From Neocallimastix sp. 'constans' (Eukaryota), in assembly GCA_050613775.1 (NCBI GenBank), contig JBODTK010000114.1:310001-374000 (forward strand): a stretch of 64,000 nucleotides of DNA, given 5' to 3'. Shown one piece after another: positions 43,769 to 58,266 of the stretch; within the stretch, counting starts at the first letter, position 1; every line of letters starts with the position of its first letter. The position numbers and the translations under genes were made by a program. Below the pieces are notes generated by a model. The model had not been told where the DNA came from, ran no database searches, and saw nothing but the letters and a program-made list of their open reading frames with translations.

Positions 43769-45949
43769 ATATTAATTAAATATCATATAATAGATTTAAT
43801 CAATTAAATTAATATCATTTATATTATTTATTAAAATAATATATTACAAAACTGTCAAATTATGAAGATATTTTATAGTTTTTGGAATAAAGTAAATTTT
43901 ATTATTATTAAATGATCTAATAAATGAATATATATATATAATTATGAATATTAATATTATTATTATATATATTTTATTTTTTATCTTTTATTTTTTTTAT
44001 TTTTATTTTTTTTTTTTTTTTTTATTTTTTGTTTTGATTTATTTTATTTGACTTATTTTTATTAATTTTTTAATATAAATAATTTTTCTATTCACATGAT
44101 ACTAAGACTTCTTATATAACCAATTTCTTCAGGTATAATATCAATCTTATTATTATTAAGTTGACTATCAATAAAATAAAATAAATAAAATAAAATAAAA
44201 TAAAAACTCCATGTTAGTCTTTATAATAATTTAGTTATTATATATATAATTTTTATGTACATTTCAGTTAGGTTATTTAAAAAATATATAGTTTTTGGTA
44301 ATTCATCTAAATCTGAATTATTATACTCCCTATTTAAAATAAATAAAAAATAAATAATATATATTTAATTAATTTATGATTTTTATTATTATTTATTATA
44401 AAATTATGTTAAAATAGAATAGAATAGAATAGAATAGAATAAAATAAAATAAAATAAAATAAAATAAAATAAAATAAAATAAAATAAAATAAAATAAAAT
44501 AAAATAAAATAAAATAAAATAAAATAAAATAAAATAAAATAAAATAAAATAAAATAAAATAAAACAAAATAAAATAAAATAAAATAAAATAAAATAAAAT
44601 AATATAAAATAAAATAAAATAAAATAAATAGTTGAAATATAAATATAAAATACAGATTGAATAAAATAAAATAAAATAAATAGTTGAAATATAAATATAA
44701 AGTACAGATTGAATAAAATAAAATAAAATAAATAGTAGAATATTAAATATAAAGTACAGATTGAATAAAATAAAATAAAATAAAATAAATATGTAAATAA
44801 GTATTAATATTTACAAGATTTTCAGTTTATCAAGTTTTCTTGATATGTCTTTTGGTATTCCACTATATAATATTAAATAATTATAATAATAAAAAAAAAA
44901 AGATTAACATTGGTGAATTTTTTATCATTATTAGTATTTTTATATTTATGTTGATATATATGTATATTATTTAATAATAATAAAAGTATTATATTACGAT
45001 TGATTATTTTTAAAGAGTTTTAATATTGATAAAGCTTCTTCAGAAGTTAATGTCTTTTTTTGATTAAAACTTGGTACATCACTAACACTACTAACACTAC
45101 TAATGCTACTAATGCTACTACAACTTTCTCCCCTATTTAAACTATTTATTGAATTATTATTATCTTTGTTTTTAATATCTTCATTATTAGTTTTTTCATT
45201 AATTTCTTCATTATTTTCCTCATTAATCTTTTTATTAATTTCTTCATTTACTAGTATATTACTATCTTCATGGGTTGGGGTATTTGAATTATAATTCATT
45301 TCTTCTTTATTAACTTGTTCATTTATTTGATTTATAATATCTTCTTCAATTTGTTCTTTACTATGAGAAATAACAATATTTGGAATATCATTATCTTTAT
45401 TTCCCATTTTATTTATTGAATGGTATATATAAAAAATATATTAATATAATAAGTAAATTTTTTTTATTAAATATATATTTATTTACTAAACAAATAATTT
45501 TTTTTTATTTTAATATTCCTTTCTTTTGTAACATTTATCAATTATGATATATATAAAGATATATATGTTCCTTTCTAATTACCATTGAAATTTGTATTCT
45601 CTAAATTTTTAGATAAATCACTTATTTCGCCATGTTCAAATTGATAATTTTCACAGTCTTCACTATTAATTTTTTCTAAACAACGATTATTAGAAACAAA
45701 TTCATCCTCAGGATATTCCGATTCCATATTCACAATAATACTTTTATCATCGATGGAAATAGTAATAGAGGTGGCGGTTTGACTAACACGAGAATCCCTT
45801 TTGTTACGACGATTTGTTTCATCATAGGATGTAGAAAAAATACTTTCTTTTCTATCATTTGGATTAAAATACATTTTTTCTTCTGGAGTAATATATTCAC
45901 CAATTTCTTTGTAATCATCATCAATAATAGATGTCCCTTCATTCACCTT

Positions 45950-45989
<40 letters not shown>

Positions 45990-46486
45990 ATATATAAATA
46001 AAATGATTAAAATGAAAATAAAATGAAATAATAACAAATATAATATATATATATATAATTCAAATAAATATACAAATAAATATATTTTTTTTAATAATTT
46101 AAATAATTTATTATAAGGAATAGTATATTACTTACACTGTTTGAATATGTTCAAGAATTTTTTGGTGTACTTGTTTAATTGGATTATTATATAGGTCACT
46201 TTATTTTATATATTGAATAATGATGTTAAAATATTAAATATACATATCAATATTTATTATTAATAATTAATTAAATAACTAAAATGAATAAAAAAAGAAA
46301 AAAAAAAAAAGTAAAATAATTATTAATTAAAATAAATTATAAAATAAATAAATATATTTTTTACAGCTGTGAAAGGTAGCTTAATTCTAAAATTTCTAAT
46401 GGAATAGATTCAATTTTATTATTATTTAAAGATCTAAATTTAATAATTTAAAAATAAAATAAAATACAAACAAATAAATAAATACC

Positions 46487-46560
<74 letters not shown>

Positions 46561-47709
46561 GACATAAAAAAATTAAATATTAATATGTAATTTTTTTTAT
46601 CTTATATTAAATATTTTTATATTGCTTACAATGACTTTAACATTGTTAATTGAGTAATATCTTTTGGAATATACACAATTTTATTGTTATCTAGTATTCT
46701 ATTTAATTATTATTTAAATATATATATATTTGTTTATTTATATAATTGTTTAAATATATTAATAATAATTATTGTAGTAATAATAATATTTAATTAATTT
46801 TGAGGATCATTTTATTTTTGTATTAATTAATATGTATAAAATATACTTACAGTTCTTCAAGGTTATTTAAGTAAAAAACATTAGGAAATTGGGTTAATCC
46901 ATTTTCACATAAATTTCTTTTAATTATATATATAATTATATAAATATATATATATATTATTATTATTATTGATTATAATTATTTAATAATATTAATATAT
47001 TAATTCAATTCAATAGATAAATATTTATAATAGTTTTAAATACTATATTATATAATATGTAAAAATTAATAAAACAATTTTTTTTAATTACAGTTTTCTT
47101 AAATCAATAATTTGTATAATTTCGCCCTCATCAACATTTGAAATAGTTTTATTTTCTTTTTTACTATTTTATTATTATTATTACATAGGAGAAGCAAATA
47201 ATCAAATTAATAAAAATAGATATTAAATTATTTATATCTTAATTAATAAGTTATAACTTACATAATATATAATTTTTCTAAAATATCTGATAAAGCCATT
47301 ATATTACCAGAATTTCTATTAATTTTTAATACTTTATTGACTATTTTGAAATCTTCTATAACTTCAACATTATCATCAATTTCTCTGTTATTATTATCAT
47401 TATTTTGATTGTAATTATTATAATATATTATATATATAATAATTATTAAATATGAACTATTTCAAGAAAATATTTTATTTTTTTACATATATATATTAAT
47501 TATATATAATTATATAATGAATAGTTTTAATATGTACAAAACCCAAAGATTATAATTCATAATACTTTTTTGAATTTTTTTGATTGGATTTTTTTTAATA
47601 TTTCTTAATAAATATATATATATATAAATAGAAAGATAAAATATAATAAAAAAAATTAATATCGAATTTTATGTATATATATATATACAAGTATAAACAT
47701 TACTTGTGT

Positions 47710-47764
<55 letters not shown>

Positions 47765-49921
47765 TTAACTTACATCCAATATAAATTTGATAATGATTTT
47801 AGAATTGTTGGAAATTCATTTATTTTGTTATTTTCAAGTTCACTGTATTAATATATATTTATATTAAATTATATAATAAAAATATTAAGCGTATTAATTT
47901 AATAAATTTATAATCTTTTTATGTACAATATAAAGATATATATATATATATTTTTTTTACATATGCTGAAGTTCTGTTAAGTTCTGTATTGTGAATGGGA
48001 GAGTGGTTAATTTATTATCACTAAGATATCTAATATATATAAAATTATTATTAAATAGTATTATTAAATAGTATTAATATTTAAATAATTAGTATCCATT
48101 AATATATTTAATATATATTATATATTTTATTTCTTTATAAAATTTTCCAAATATTAATTATTATTTCAATAAAAACTATATATATTAATTTAAATAAAAT
48201 TTATTACAAATTAACCAATTTAGTTAAATTTCCAATTTCAGAGGCCAAAACAGTCATATCTGTATTTGATAAATTTCTTAATAAATAAAAAAAAACAACA
48301 ATAATAATAAACATATGAATATATAAATATTATAAAATATAAAAATTTTAATAAATATAAAATCAAACAATATAAATTAATAAATATATTAATATATATA
48401 AATCATAAATCATTACAAATCTACTATATTGCTAAATTGAACATAATTTTTTGGATATTCTGTTATTTTTTTTTTTTCTTGTATTCTTTAATCATAAAAG
48501 AAATTGATAATTGTGAATATCATAAATTATTAATAAAATAATATTAATAATAACAATAATAAAAAAAAATTAGGTTTATTTTAAATAACATAATATATTA
48601 ATTCAATATTTACAATAAATCCAAAATTTTTAATGAATTATCAAATCTTTGTAAATCATAAGGTCTATTTTTTAAATCTAAATTTCCATCATTGAAATCA
48701 TTGGTAAAGCATAAATCTTGATTATCAGTATAAACACCACTTTTGAATAATCATTATTATTATTAATATAATGATGAAGTAAATATAAAAATATATATTT
48801 TAAATATTTCTATTATTTTTTTTTCTTATATCTCTTATTCATACATACACAATTTTAATATTTCTATCTATTAAACCCTGTGGTATCTTTTTAATAAGAT
48901 TATTTTTTATATTACTAGTATTATTAGTTTTGAATTTTTGAAGTATATTCCAATAAATAAAATAAGAAATTTGAATAGGATTAATAAATAATATTTAATT
49001 TAACATAAAAAAGGCATATTATTATATATTCTATTTTATATTTGAAAATTATTATCAATAATAAATAAACTTTAATAAATTACATAATAACAATTTTTTG
49101 TAAATTTCCTAATTCTTCAGGTAATGATGTTAAATTGTTATCATTAATTCTCCTATAGGTAATTTAATATAAATAAATGACATTTATTAATAAAAATATA
49201 TATATATTTATTATATTTTTTATGATGTTTTTAATTGTAGTATAATGCTATTTAATTGTAATTTATAGTTTTTATTTTTTTCATTTTGCTTACAAAATTT
49301 TTAATTCAGTTAAATCACCAATGCTTGGAGTTAAACTTGTTAATTTATTATTATATACACGTCTTTAATTGTAAGTTAAAAGATGTAAAATTTTATTAAG
49401 GAATCATTTATATAAAAATTTTTTTATTAAGTTAGAAATGATAAAAAAATTTATATGATAATAATTTCATATTTTTTTTTAAGTATTACAATTCTTCAAG
49501 TTTTTTTAGTGATTTTATTGAATCTGGAAGTTCCTTTAAATAATTATTATGAAGAAATCTATATAGAAATATATAATAAAAATTCAATTTAAATATTATA
49601 TTATTATAGTTTGTAATATTTATTAGTATTAAAATATATATATATGTATAATATTAAATTCTTGATATATTGTTATTATTATTATTCTGTATATTCTCTT
49701 AATTTATTTTTACAGTTTTTTCAGAAGTAATAAATTGCCTATTTCATTTGGGATATATTCTAATTTATTATTATCAATATATAAAAGTTCTAATTTTTTA
49801 AGATTTCTAATTTCAGCAGGTAAAGAATGTATTTGATTATCAGAAAGACGTCTTTTAATATTTATAATTATAAATGTCATTTTATTTTATTTTATTTTAT
49901 TTTTTTTTTTTTTTTGAATTC

Positions 49922-49954
<33 letters not shown>

Positions 49955-49970
49955 TTTATTATTATTGTTA

Positions 49971-50050
<80 letters not shown>

Positions 50051-51390
50051 TTAATATTTTAAATTTAATGTGAATAAATAAAATTGGATATAATTGAAAA
50101 TATACATATTTATTTCCCCCATTTTTGTGAAGTAAAAATTTTTTATAATAATATTATGATATAAATATTTATATTTATTGAAATAAAAAACATATAATTA
50201 ATCAATAATAAATTGATATAACATATATTAAATATTATCTATATTATTATTATTGTTATTTTTCGTTGTTTGATAATATTTACAAAACTTTTAATTTTGT
50301 TAAATTTCCTATTTCTTTAGGAAGAATTTGTAATTTGTTATTATTCAATTCCCTGTTAAATAAATAAATAATATATATATATTATTATTATTATTATTAA
50401 AAAATATTATTATTATTATTTACAATTTCTATTAAAATAATTACAATTCTCTTAATTCAACCAAATTTCCAAGTTCCTTTGGCATATATGTTAAGTTATT
50501 TTCATTTAGATATCTTTATTTAATTGATATTATTAAAAGTATATATATATATATTTTATTATAAAATTTTAATTTTAGATTTAGAATAATATTTATATTT
50601 ATATTTATATTTAAATATATATATATATAATAATTATAAATAATAAAAATAGTCATTACAAATTAATTAAATTTGGAAAATTTCCAATTTCTTTTGGAAT
50701 TGTATTTATTCCATTATTACATAAAAATCTAAATGTGAAAGTTTTACATATGAATAGTATATTTCAAATTTAATTATTTAAAGATACATATATTAAAAAA
50801 AGTATATAAATAAATATTTATTTATAAAATAAATATTTATTTAATATTAGAATTTATGGTATTTAAATATAATTACAAGTTTTCAGTGAATAATAATTTA
50901 TGTAGGTTTTTAGGCCATTTTTTAATATCTATTGATTTACTATTAAAATAAAAATTTAAAAAGTCCACATTTTATTATTATTATCATTTTTATTTTTATT
51001 TTTATTTTTATTATTATTATTATTATTATTAAATATTATATATATATATATATAATATATGATTATTATTATTAATAAAGAAAAAAATATATATTATATA
51101 TAATTATTAATATATGAATAATAATATATAGATATAAGTGAAAGCATAATATGATATGTTATAAATTATTATAATTATATTTTTTACAATGAAGTTTATA
51201 ATATATAATATATATAGATATTAGTCTTTATTTGAATTATACAAAAAAAAAAAAAAAAAAAAAAAAAATTCATTTTTGGTTATTACTAATGCTCTGAATT
51301 TTCCAGTAAACTGAAGAGGTCTATGACTCCTTTACTATCATTAGAATAGATAAGTTTATTTAATCCACTTATATCGTTTGAGTTTTCCAT
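42573..51390 (-). CDS. Multi-exon leucine-rich-repeat protein (23-aa LRRs), about 30 exons
   Basis: ATG at 51390; stop at 42575-42573. Micro-exons encode e.g. FLCNNGINTIPKEIGNFPNLINL, YLNENNLTYMPKELGNLVELREL, ELNNNKLQILPKEIGNLTKLKVL and YLSDNKLTTLPFTIQNLTELQHM. Track ORFs 45575-45946 and 44994-45407 are internal acidic/Asn-rich exons. A few linker exons were not fully resolved, so this could be more than one gene. Confidence 0.85.
44412..44790. repeat. (TAGAA)n/(TAAAA)n microsatellite followed by 3 copies of the 47-bp minisatellite unit, intronic
   Basis: TAGTTGAAATATAAATATAAAGTACAGATTGAAT copies at about 44629-44766, the same unit as the 12.2-12.9 kb array. Confidence 0.9.
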
Positions 51391-52386
51391 TAAATATTAC
51401 TTTATAAAATATCAAATATCTTTATTAATTTCTATCTATTTATTTATTTATTTGATATTGTTATATTATCTTTTTTTTTTTTTTCTTTATTTTCTTTCTT
51501 TTTTCTCTTTTAGTTCTCTTCTTTATTACATTTAATCTTTTACATTCAATTCTTGTAACTTTATGTGAAAAAAACAGTAAAAAATAATTTAATTGAAATA
51601 TAATTGAAGTCTATTATTATTATTATTATAATTATAATTATTATTATTTTATTATTACACTGAAAATACTAATTATTTTAAAATATCAATTAAATATTAT
51701 TTTAAATTTATATTAAAATTTATTAATAAAACCATAAAAATTAAATATAAAATGTATTAATAATTAATTTTAATTATTATATTAATTATATCAAAATAAC
51801 AAATTAAAGAATAAAGAAAATAAAAAAAATAAAAAGAAGGTTAATATAAATAAAATTATATTTGATATTTTTAGTAATTATTTTTTAAAATAATAATAAT
51901 AATAATTAAAATATGTTTTATCAATAATGCATTAAATTTTAATGTATAATAAATTTTATGTTTTAATTTCTTTTAAAAAAAAAAAATTTTTTTTAATATA
52001 AATTATACATTAAAAAAAAAATATGATTATTAATATAATAAAAGATCAATAGTAATAATTTTAGGTTATATTTTTTTTTCCTGATTTAGTTGGTATAAAT
52101 CATAAATTATATTTTATTTTCTTAACATAAATTAATTATTATTGATAAGATTGACATAATCCTTACATTTAATATTTTTTCTTATTATTATTTTTTTTTT
52201 TTATAAATATGTAATAAAAATAAAATTACTACTATTTTCTATATTTTCTATCTTATTAATTAATATTTAAATTTAAAATATTCCAACTAATAATATATGT
52301 AATTTTATACTATATATAAAATATTTTAATATTATTCAAAAAATCAAAATATTAAATAAAAAAGATAAAAAATTTTAAATGAAATA

Positions 52387-52387
<1 letters not shown>

Positions 52388-52429
<42 letters not shown>

Positions 52430-52481
52430 AAAATATTTTAATATTATTAATATTATTATTATTATTATAAAAATATTTTAA

Positions 52482-52527
<46 letters not shown>

Positions 52528-52588
52528 AAAATATTTTAATATTATTATTATTATTATTATTATAAAAATTATTATATAAATATTTTAA

Positions 52589-52622
<34 letters not shown>

Positions 52623-52695
52623 AAAATTATTATAAAAATATTTTAATATTATTATTATTAATATTATTATTATTATTATAAAAATATTTTAATAA
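52388..52695. repeat. Compound (ATT)n / ATAAAAATATTTTAAT minisatellite
   Basis: ATAAAAATATTTTAAT recurs about 6 times, separated by variable ATT runs. Confidence 0.85.
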
Positions 52696-53964
52696 AAAAA
52701 AACTGGTTCATAATTTTAAAGTGGAAAAAATTTCATTTTTTTTTTTATATTTGTACTTTTTTTAAAAAAAAAAAAAAAAAAAAATAATTAAAATTTTAAA
52801 TAAATATAAAATAAATAAACAAAATTAAAGTTCACAGTAATTGCGGCTATAAAAAAAATAAAATATATATTTATACATTACATATTATTTTAAAATATTG
52901 TTTTAGAAAAAATATATTTTTGTAAATATAACATATAAATTTATAATGAAAAAAATTTATGATTTGAACTCTTTATTAAAGCATTAAATAATATTAAAAC
53001 TTTATTTGTGTATGAATTGATTTTATAAATATAAATAAATATTTAAATATATTTATATTAAATAAGTTTTAGTAAAAATGGAATTGGTATTTTCAATAAA
53101 ACAGGTATATAATTTAATGATGGAAATGATAACCCTATTAATTATCATATAAATATTTTCTTTTCTTTTTTTTTTTTTTTTTCTCTTTTAGTTCTCTTCT
53201 TTATTCTATTTATTCTTCTACATTCAATTCTTATAACTTATTAATTTTAAAATTAATTTTATTTTAAGAAAAAATATGATTATTTATGTAATAAAATATC
53301 AATAGTAATAATAGTAGGTTAATTATTTATTATCCATCTTATTAATCAATATTTTAGTTTTATAATATGCCATTTAATAATTATAATAAAATATTAATTC
53401 TTATAAAAATAGAAAATATTAAGGTTCAGCGTATTTAGTATTTAGGATGGGTAAAGAATATTATAATACATTACATGTACTAACAAATCTAGTTAACAGG
53501 AACATAAATTTTCATCAATCTTGAATTAAAGCCTAGAAGAAGTCTCTTGATATGGTCTCAGCCACATTTTCATGTACATGCGACTGTTAAGGTACCACTT
53601 AAAGATTAAGAAATGAGGAAATGAGAGTCGACTTGATATGACCAATTATCAACTATTGTAACTGTATAATACAATAATACATTATATATGCTTGTGATGA
53701 CTCATATATATTTAAATATTACACTGCTCTAGGTTTTACTCGCAGTATATATAAATATATATATGGTATTACGTAAAAGAAGGGCGTCATATATTTATAT
53801 GTAGATATACATAAAAGTCAATCATTTTAAATATTACATATTACATATAAAAATAAAAAAAGATTATAACTTTATTATTGTTTAATTTATTCGTAAATTT
53901 ATTATGATTTAATTTATTAATTGGAAGAATGGGAGATTAATATAAAAATGAAATAAATAAATAA

Positions 53965-54007
<43 letters not shown>

Positions 54008-54237
54008 TTATTATATTTAATAAAAACTTTAAAAAAAAAAAAAAAAGTTATTAATATAGAATATAGTTAAAATTTTATGATATTATATGCATTAATTTAA
54101 AAATAATGATTTAAAAAATATAATATATAATATATAATTACATTTTTTATTTTTTTTAACCATTATAACCATTTATAATATAATATAAAAATAAATATTA
54201 TATTTCATCTTTATTTTTTTTAATTTATATTAGCATA

Positions 54238-54270
<33 letters not shown>

Positions 54271-54424
54271 TAGTAATACTTTTAATAAATAAATATATTT
54301 TTTTAAAAAAAAAGTTCAATAGTAAAAAAAATGAATATAATGAAAAATTTCGATAGTTTATTATGTATATGTATTTAAATATTAGAGTAAAAGATTATTA
54401 AATTTTAATGTTAGCAATAATTAT

Positions 54425-54600
54425 TAAAAAATGTTTGGAAAATATAATAAAATGATATAAAATGAAAAAAAAAATGTTTGGAAAATATAATAAAATGATA
54501 TAAAATGATAAAAAAATGTTTGAAAATATAATAAAATGATATAAAATGAAAAAGAAATGTCAAGTATATATAATAAAATTATATAAAATGAAAAAAAAAA
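54425..54600. repeat. About 40-50-bp tandem repeat, 3-4 copies
   Basis: AAAAAATGTTTGGAAAATATAATAAAATGATATAAAATGA repeated. Confidence 0.8.
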
Positions 54601-55551
54601 AAAATATATATATATATATATATATGAATATACTAGCAAAGAACAAAAGTTAGTATTGTAACAATAAAAATTTTGAAAATATATATTAATGTTAATTAAA
54701 AATAATTATAAAATATATACATATAATATATATGATTAATAAAAGTAATATCAATTATATTACTTTAAATAAAAAAATATATAATTGATATTTTTTTTTT
54801 CAAAAATTAATTTCAAAAATTACTTTAAATATATAAATTTTTTTCAAAAATTAATTTCAAAAATTAAAGATGCAATATAAATGTAATATCAATTATATAT
54901 TATATATTATATATTATATATTACTTAAAATAAAATATATATATAGTTGATATTTTATTATTATTTTTATTTTTATAAATTGAAATTAAAAGTATATAAA
55001 AAATAAAATTTTATCAATAAATATGACATATAAATGACTGTAATAATAATAAATAATAATATATTATTATAAATAATAAATAATTATATATAAATAATAT
55101 ATAAATAATAATAAATAATAATAATTTTTAATAATATTAAAAATAAAAATGTGACATTTAGCAATTAAGCATTTCCATCTCCTAAAAAAAGTATTTCAAC
55201 TGAATAAAAAATATTAATAATATAAAAATATAATAAATAAACTTTTAAAATCATTATTTATATCTTCATATAATAAAAATCCAATAAATTTTAAAATATT
55301 TATAATTTTAATTTATAATAAATTATAACGATAGTTTACACAAAGCCGCTGGTATAGCTAATTAAATAAATTCTAAATATGGAAAAAGAATTTTGATTCA
55401 ATAATATTTTTATATAAATTTAATTATATTTTATAAATTTATAGATTATTAAAAGAAATAATAATAAATTACCATCGTAAATATATTTTTTATTAGCCAA
55501 TAGTTTTAAAGGATTTAAATTATTAATTATATTAAAAATTATATATAAATG

Positions 55552-55584
<33 letters not shown>

Positions 55585-56800
55585 TATGAATGAAAAATTA
55601 CTGTTGGTATTTATTTAATATAAATATTTAATTATATAAATAAAATATAAAATTATATATTTAGAAGAAATATTTCTCTTCTTCTAAATATATAATTAAT
55701 ATTATTTTAAATACTATTTTAATGTATATATATTATAATTCATTAATTTAAAATCTACATTTTTACACATTCATTAATAATTGATGATAAATAAATAATA
55801 AAAATAATTTAAAAGAAATTCAATAAATAAATTTATATATAAATTCAATTGCATTATATAATCTTAATTATATTATTATAAAAAAATCTTCATGATTTTA
55901 TTGGTAATTTTGTATATAAAATATATTTTGAAATAAATTTTAAATATAAATAAAAAAAATCTTTTATATATTATATTATATGGAACGAATAGAATATTTG
56001 TTTATTAATAAAAAATATATAGAAGTATAAAAAATATTATAAATATAAAAAATATAACAGATTATATTTTACTTTACAGCATGACTAGTTAAACAAATTA
56101 TAAATTTAATAATTAATAAATAAATAGTATGAAAAATATACATATATATATGTATAAATCATCTGTACCAAAATGAAAGTATTTATTCATATAATAATAA
56201 ATATTAAATATGATTAAATAATATCATTTGTTAATTTATTTATATATAAATGAATAATAAATGAAATGTTGGGTATCAAGTATTTAATAATAAAAATTTA
56301 AAAATTAATTTCATTGAAATAACATAGTTAAAAAATAAAGGCTTTCCTTTATATATTATGTATATAAAATATTAATTCTTAATTAATACCGAAAAGAGAA
56401 AATGTTAAAAAAGTTACCATCATTGATAATAATAAAAAATACCATATTTTTAATTAAATCCTTGATTTATAAAACATTCAAAATGATATATAAGTTTTAT
56501 TTATTTTTATGAATATAAAAATATAAAATAAAAATAAAATAAAAATATTAAATATATAATAAATGTTTTATTTGAAAAATTATACATATATTTATATGTT
56601 TATTTATAAAAAAATCATCCTTAAAGTATAAATATATATAAATATATTTTAAGAATAATTTTTTTTTATTTATTTTTGTGTTTTGTTTATACTCACAATA
56701 TATTTATAATATATATATAGTATTGTACCACATATATATTATTAATTAAAGTTTTTCTATTTGAAATTTATAAATGGTAAAAATATTTTTATCAAATAGA

Positions 56801-56851
<51 letters not shown>

Positions 56852-58266
56852 ATAGAAAATTTAAAATTTAATAATATATATGATTTAGTTTATAATATGG
56901 TACATAATATATATTACACAAAATTAAATTTTATATAATTATATATAATTCAATTTAACATATAAATATAAATAGAAAAAATAAATAAATAATTCTATTA
57001 ATATTAAAAATAATTTATGAAAATATACAAATTTTAACAAAATAGAATTAACAAAAAAAAATATTTCCTTTTTTTATTTTTTTTTTTATTTTTTATTTTT
57101 TATTTTTTATTTTTTTATTTTTTAAAACTTCAAACCTGACTTATAATTTTTAATTAGGTTTTTTCTTTTTTTCTTCTTTTTTTTTTTTTTCTTTATTATT
57201 TGTTAATTCATTGATTAATAAAAAAAAAAAAAAAAAAAAAGAACAATTTAAAATTAAAAAAAAATAAATAGACATTTATATTATTATTAATACGAACACT
57301 GAAACAATTACATATAAATTTAAAAAAAAAAAAAAAAAAAAGATTATTAATATTTATTAAAAATCATATATTCAATATAAATATCAAAGAATAAAAAAAT
57401 GTTTTAACAAATAAAAATTTTTAATTTTTCTTTGTTAAATATATTTTTATCAATTTTATTAACAAAACAATAATATATATATGTTATATAATATAATAAT
57501 ATTATAAACTGATATTCATTCTTTTTATTTAAGCATATCTTATTAATGACATTTCAGTATTAATATTTATTCAAAATATTATATATTTAAAAACAATAAT
57601 ATATATAAATATATAATAATATAATTAATAATTATATTATATCATTATTATTTAATTTCTCATTCTTATACATATTTTATCTCAACATTTATTAAATATA
57701 TTATAACTATCAATATCCATACTTTTTTTAATCAAAATAATTAATATAATACTTTTAAATTGAAACAATACTGAATATTTTGATTAAAAGTATTATATAT
57801 ATGTAATAGAATTATATCATCAATATTAATAACAGAATTATATCATCAATATTAATAACAGAAGTAAAAAAATATATTATACAAAAATTATTAATTTGAA
57901 CAAGAACTTTTATATTTCTTTTAATAAATAGGAAGATTTTATATTTATTTCAAAAGGAATATAAAAGTTTAACAATATATGATAATAATATAATATGTCT
58001 ATTTTATTTTCGTTTTTATAGCTTTTATATTTATAATACTATTGACAAACAATATTTAAATTTTAAATAATATAAAACTACGCATTAACTCTTTTATTAC
58101 AAGTAATTATACATATAATTTAAGTTTTGAAAATTCCATTTTTTTCATATAATTTAAGCATTGAAAATTTTTTAAAGATTTAATTTTATAAAATATTGTA
58201 TTAAATATCGGTTTTCTAATATATAAAAAGAATCTATCCAAAAATAATTTAATAAAATATAATAAA

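Noticed and set aside
45395..45430. Apparent missing splice acceptor in the LRR gene
   Set aside because: An in-frame AAG acceptor exists just inside the ORF (AAAG/ATAATG), so no non-canonical splicing is needed.
55651..55697. 19-bp inverted repeat, plus short tandem duplications at about 20890 and 57826
   Set aside because: Real but small, expected in very AT-rich DNA, and with no evidence of function.
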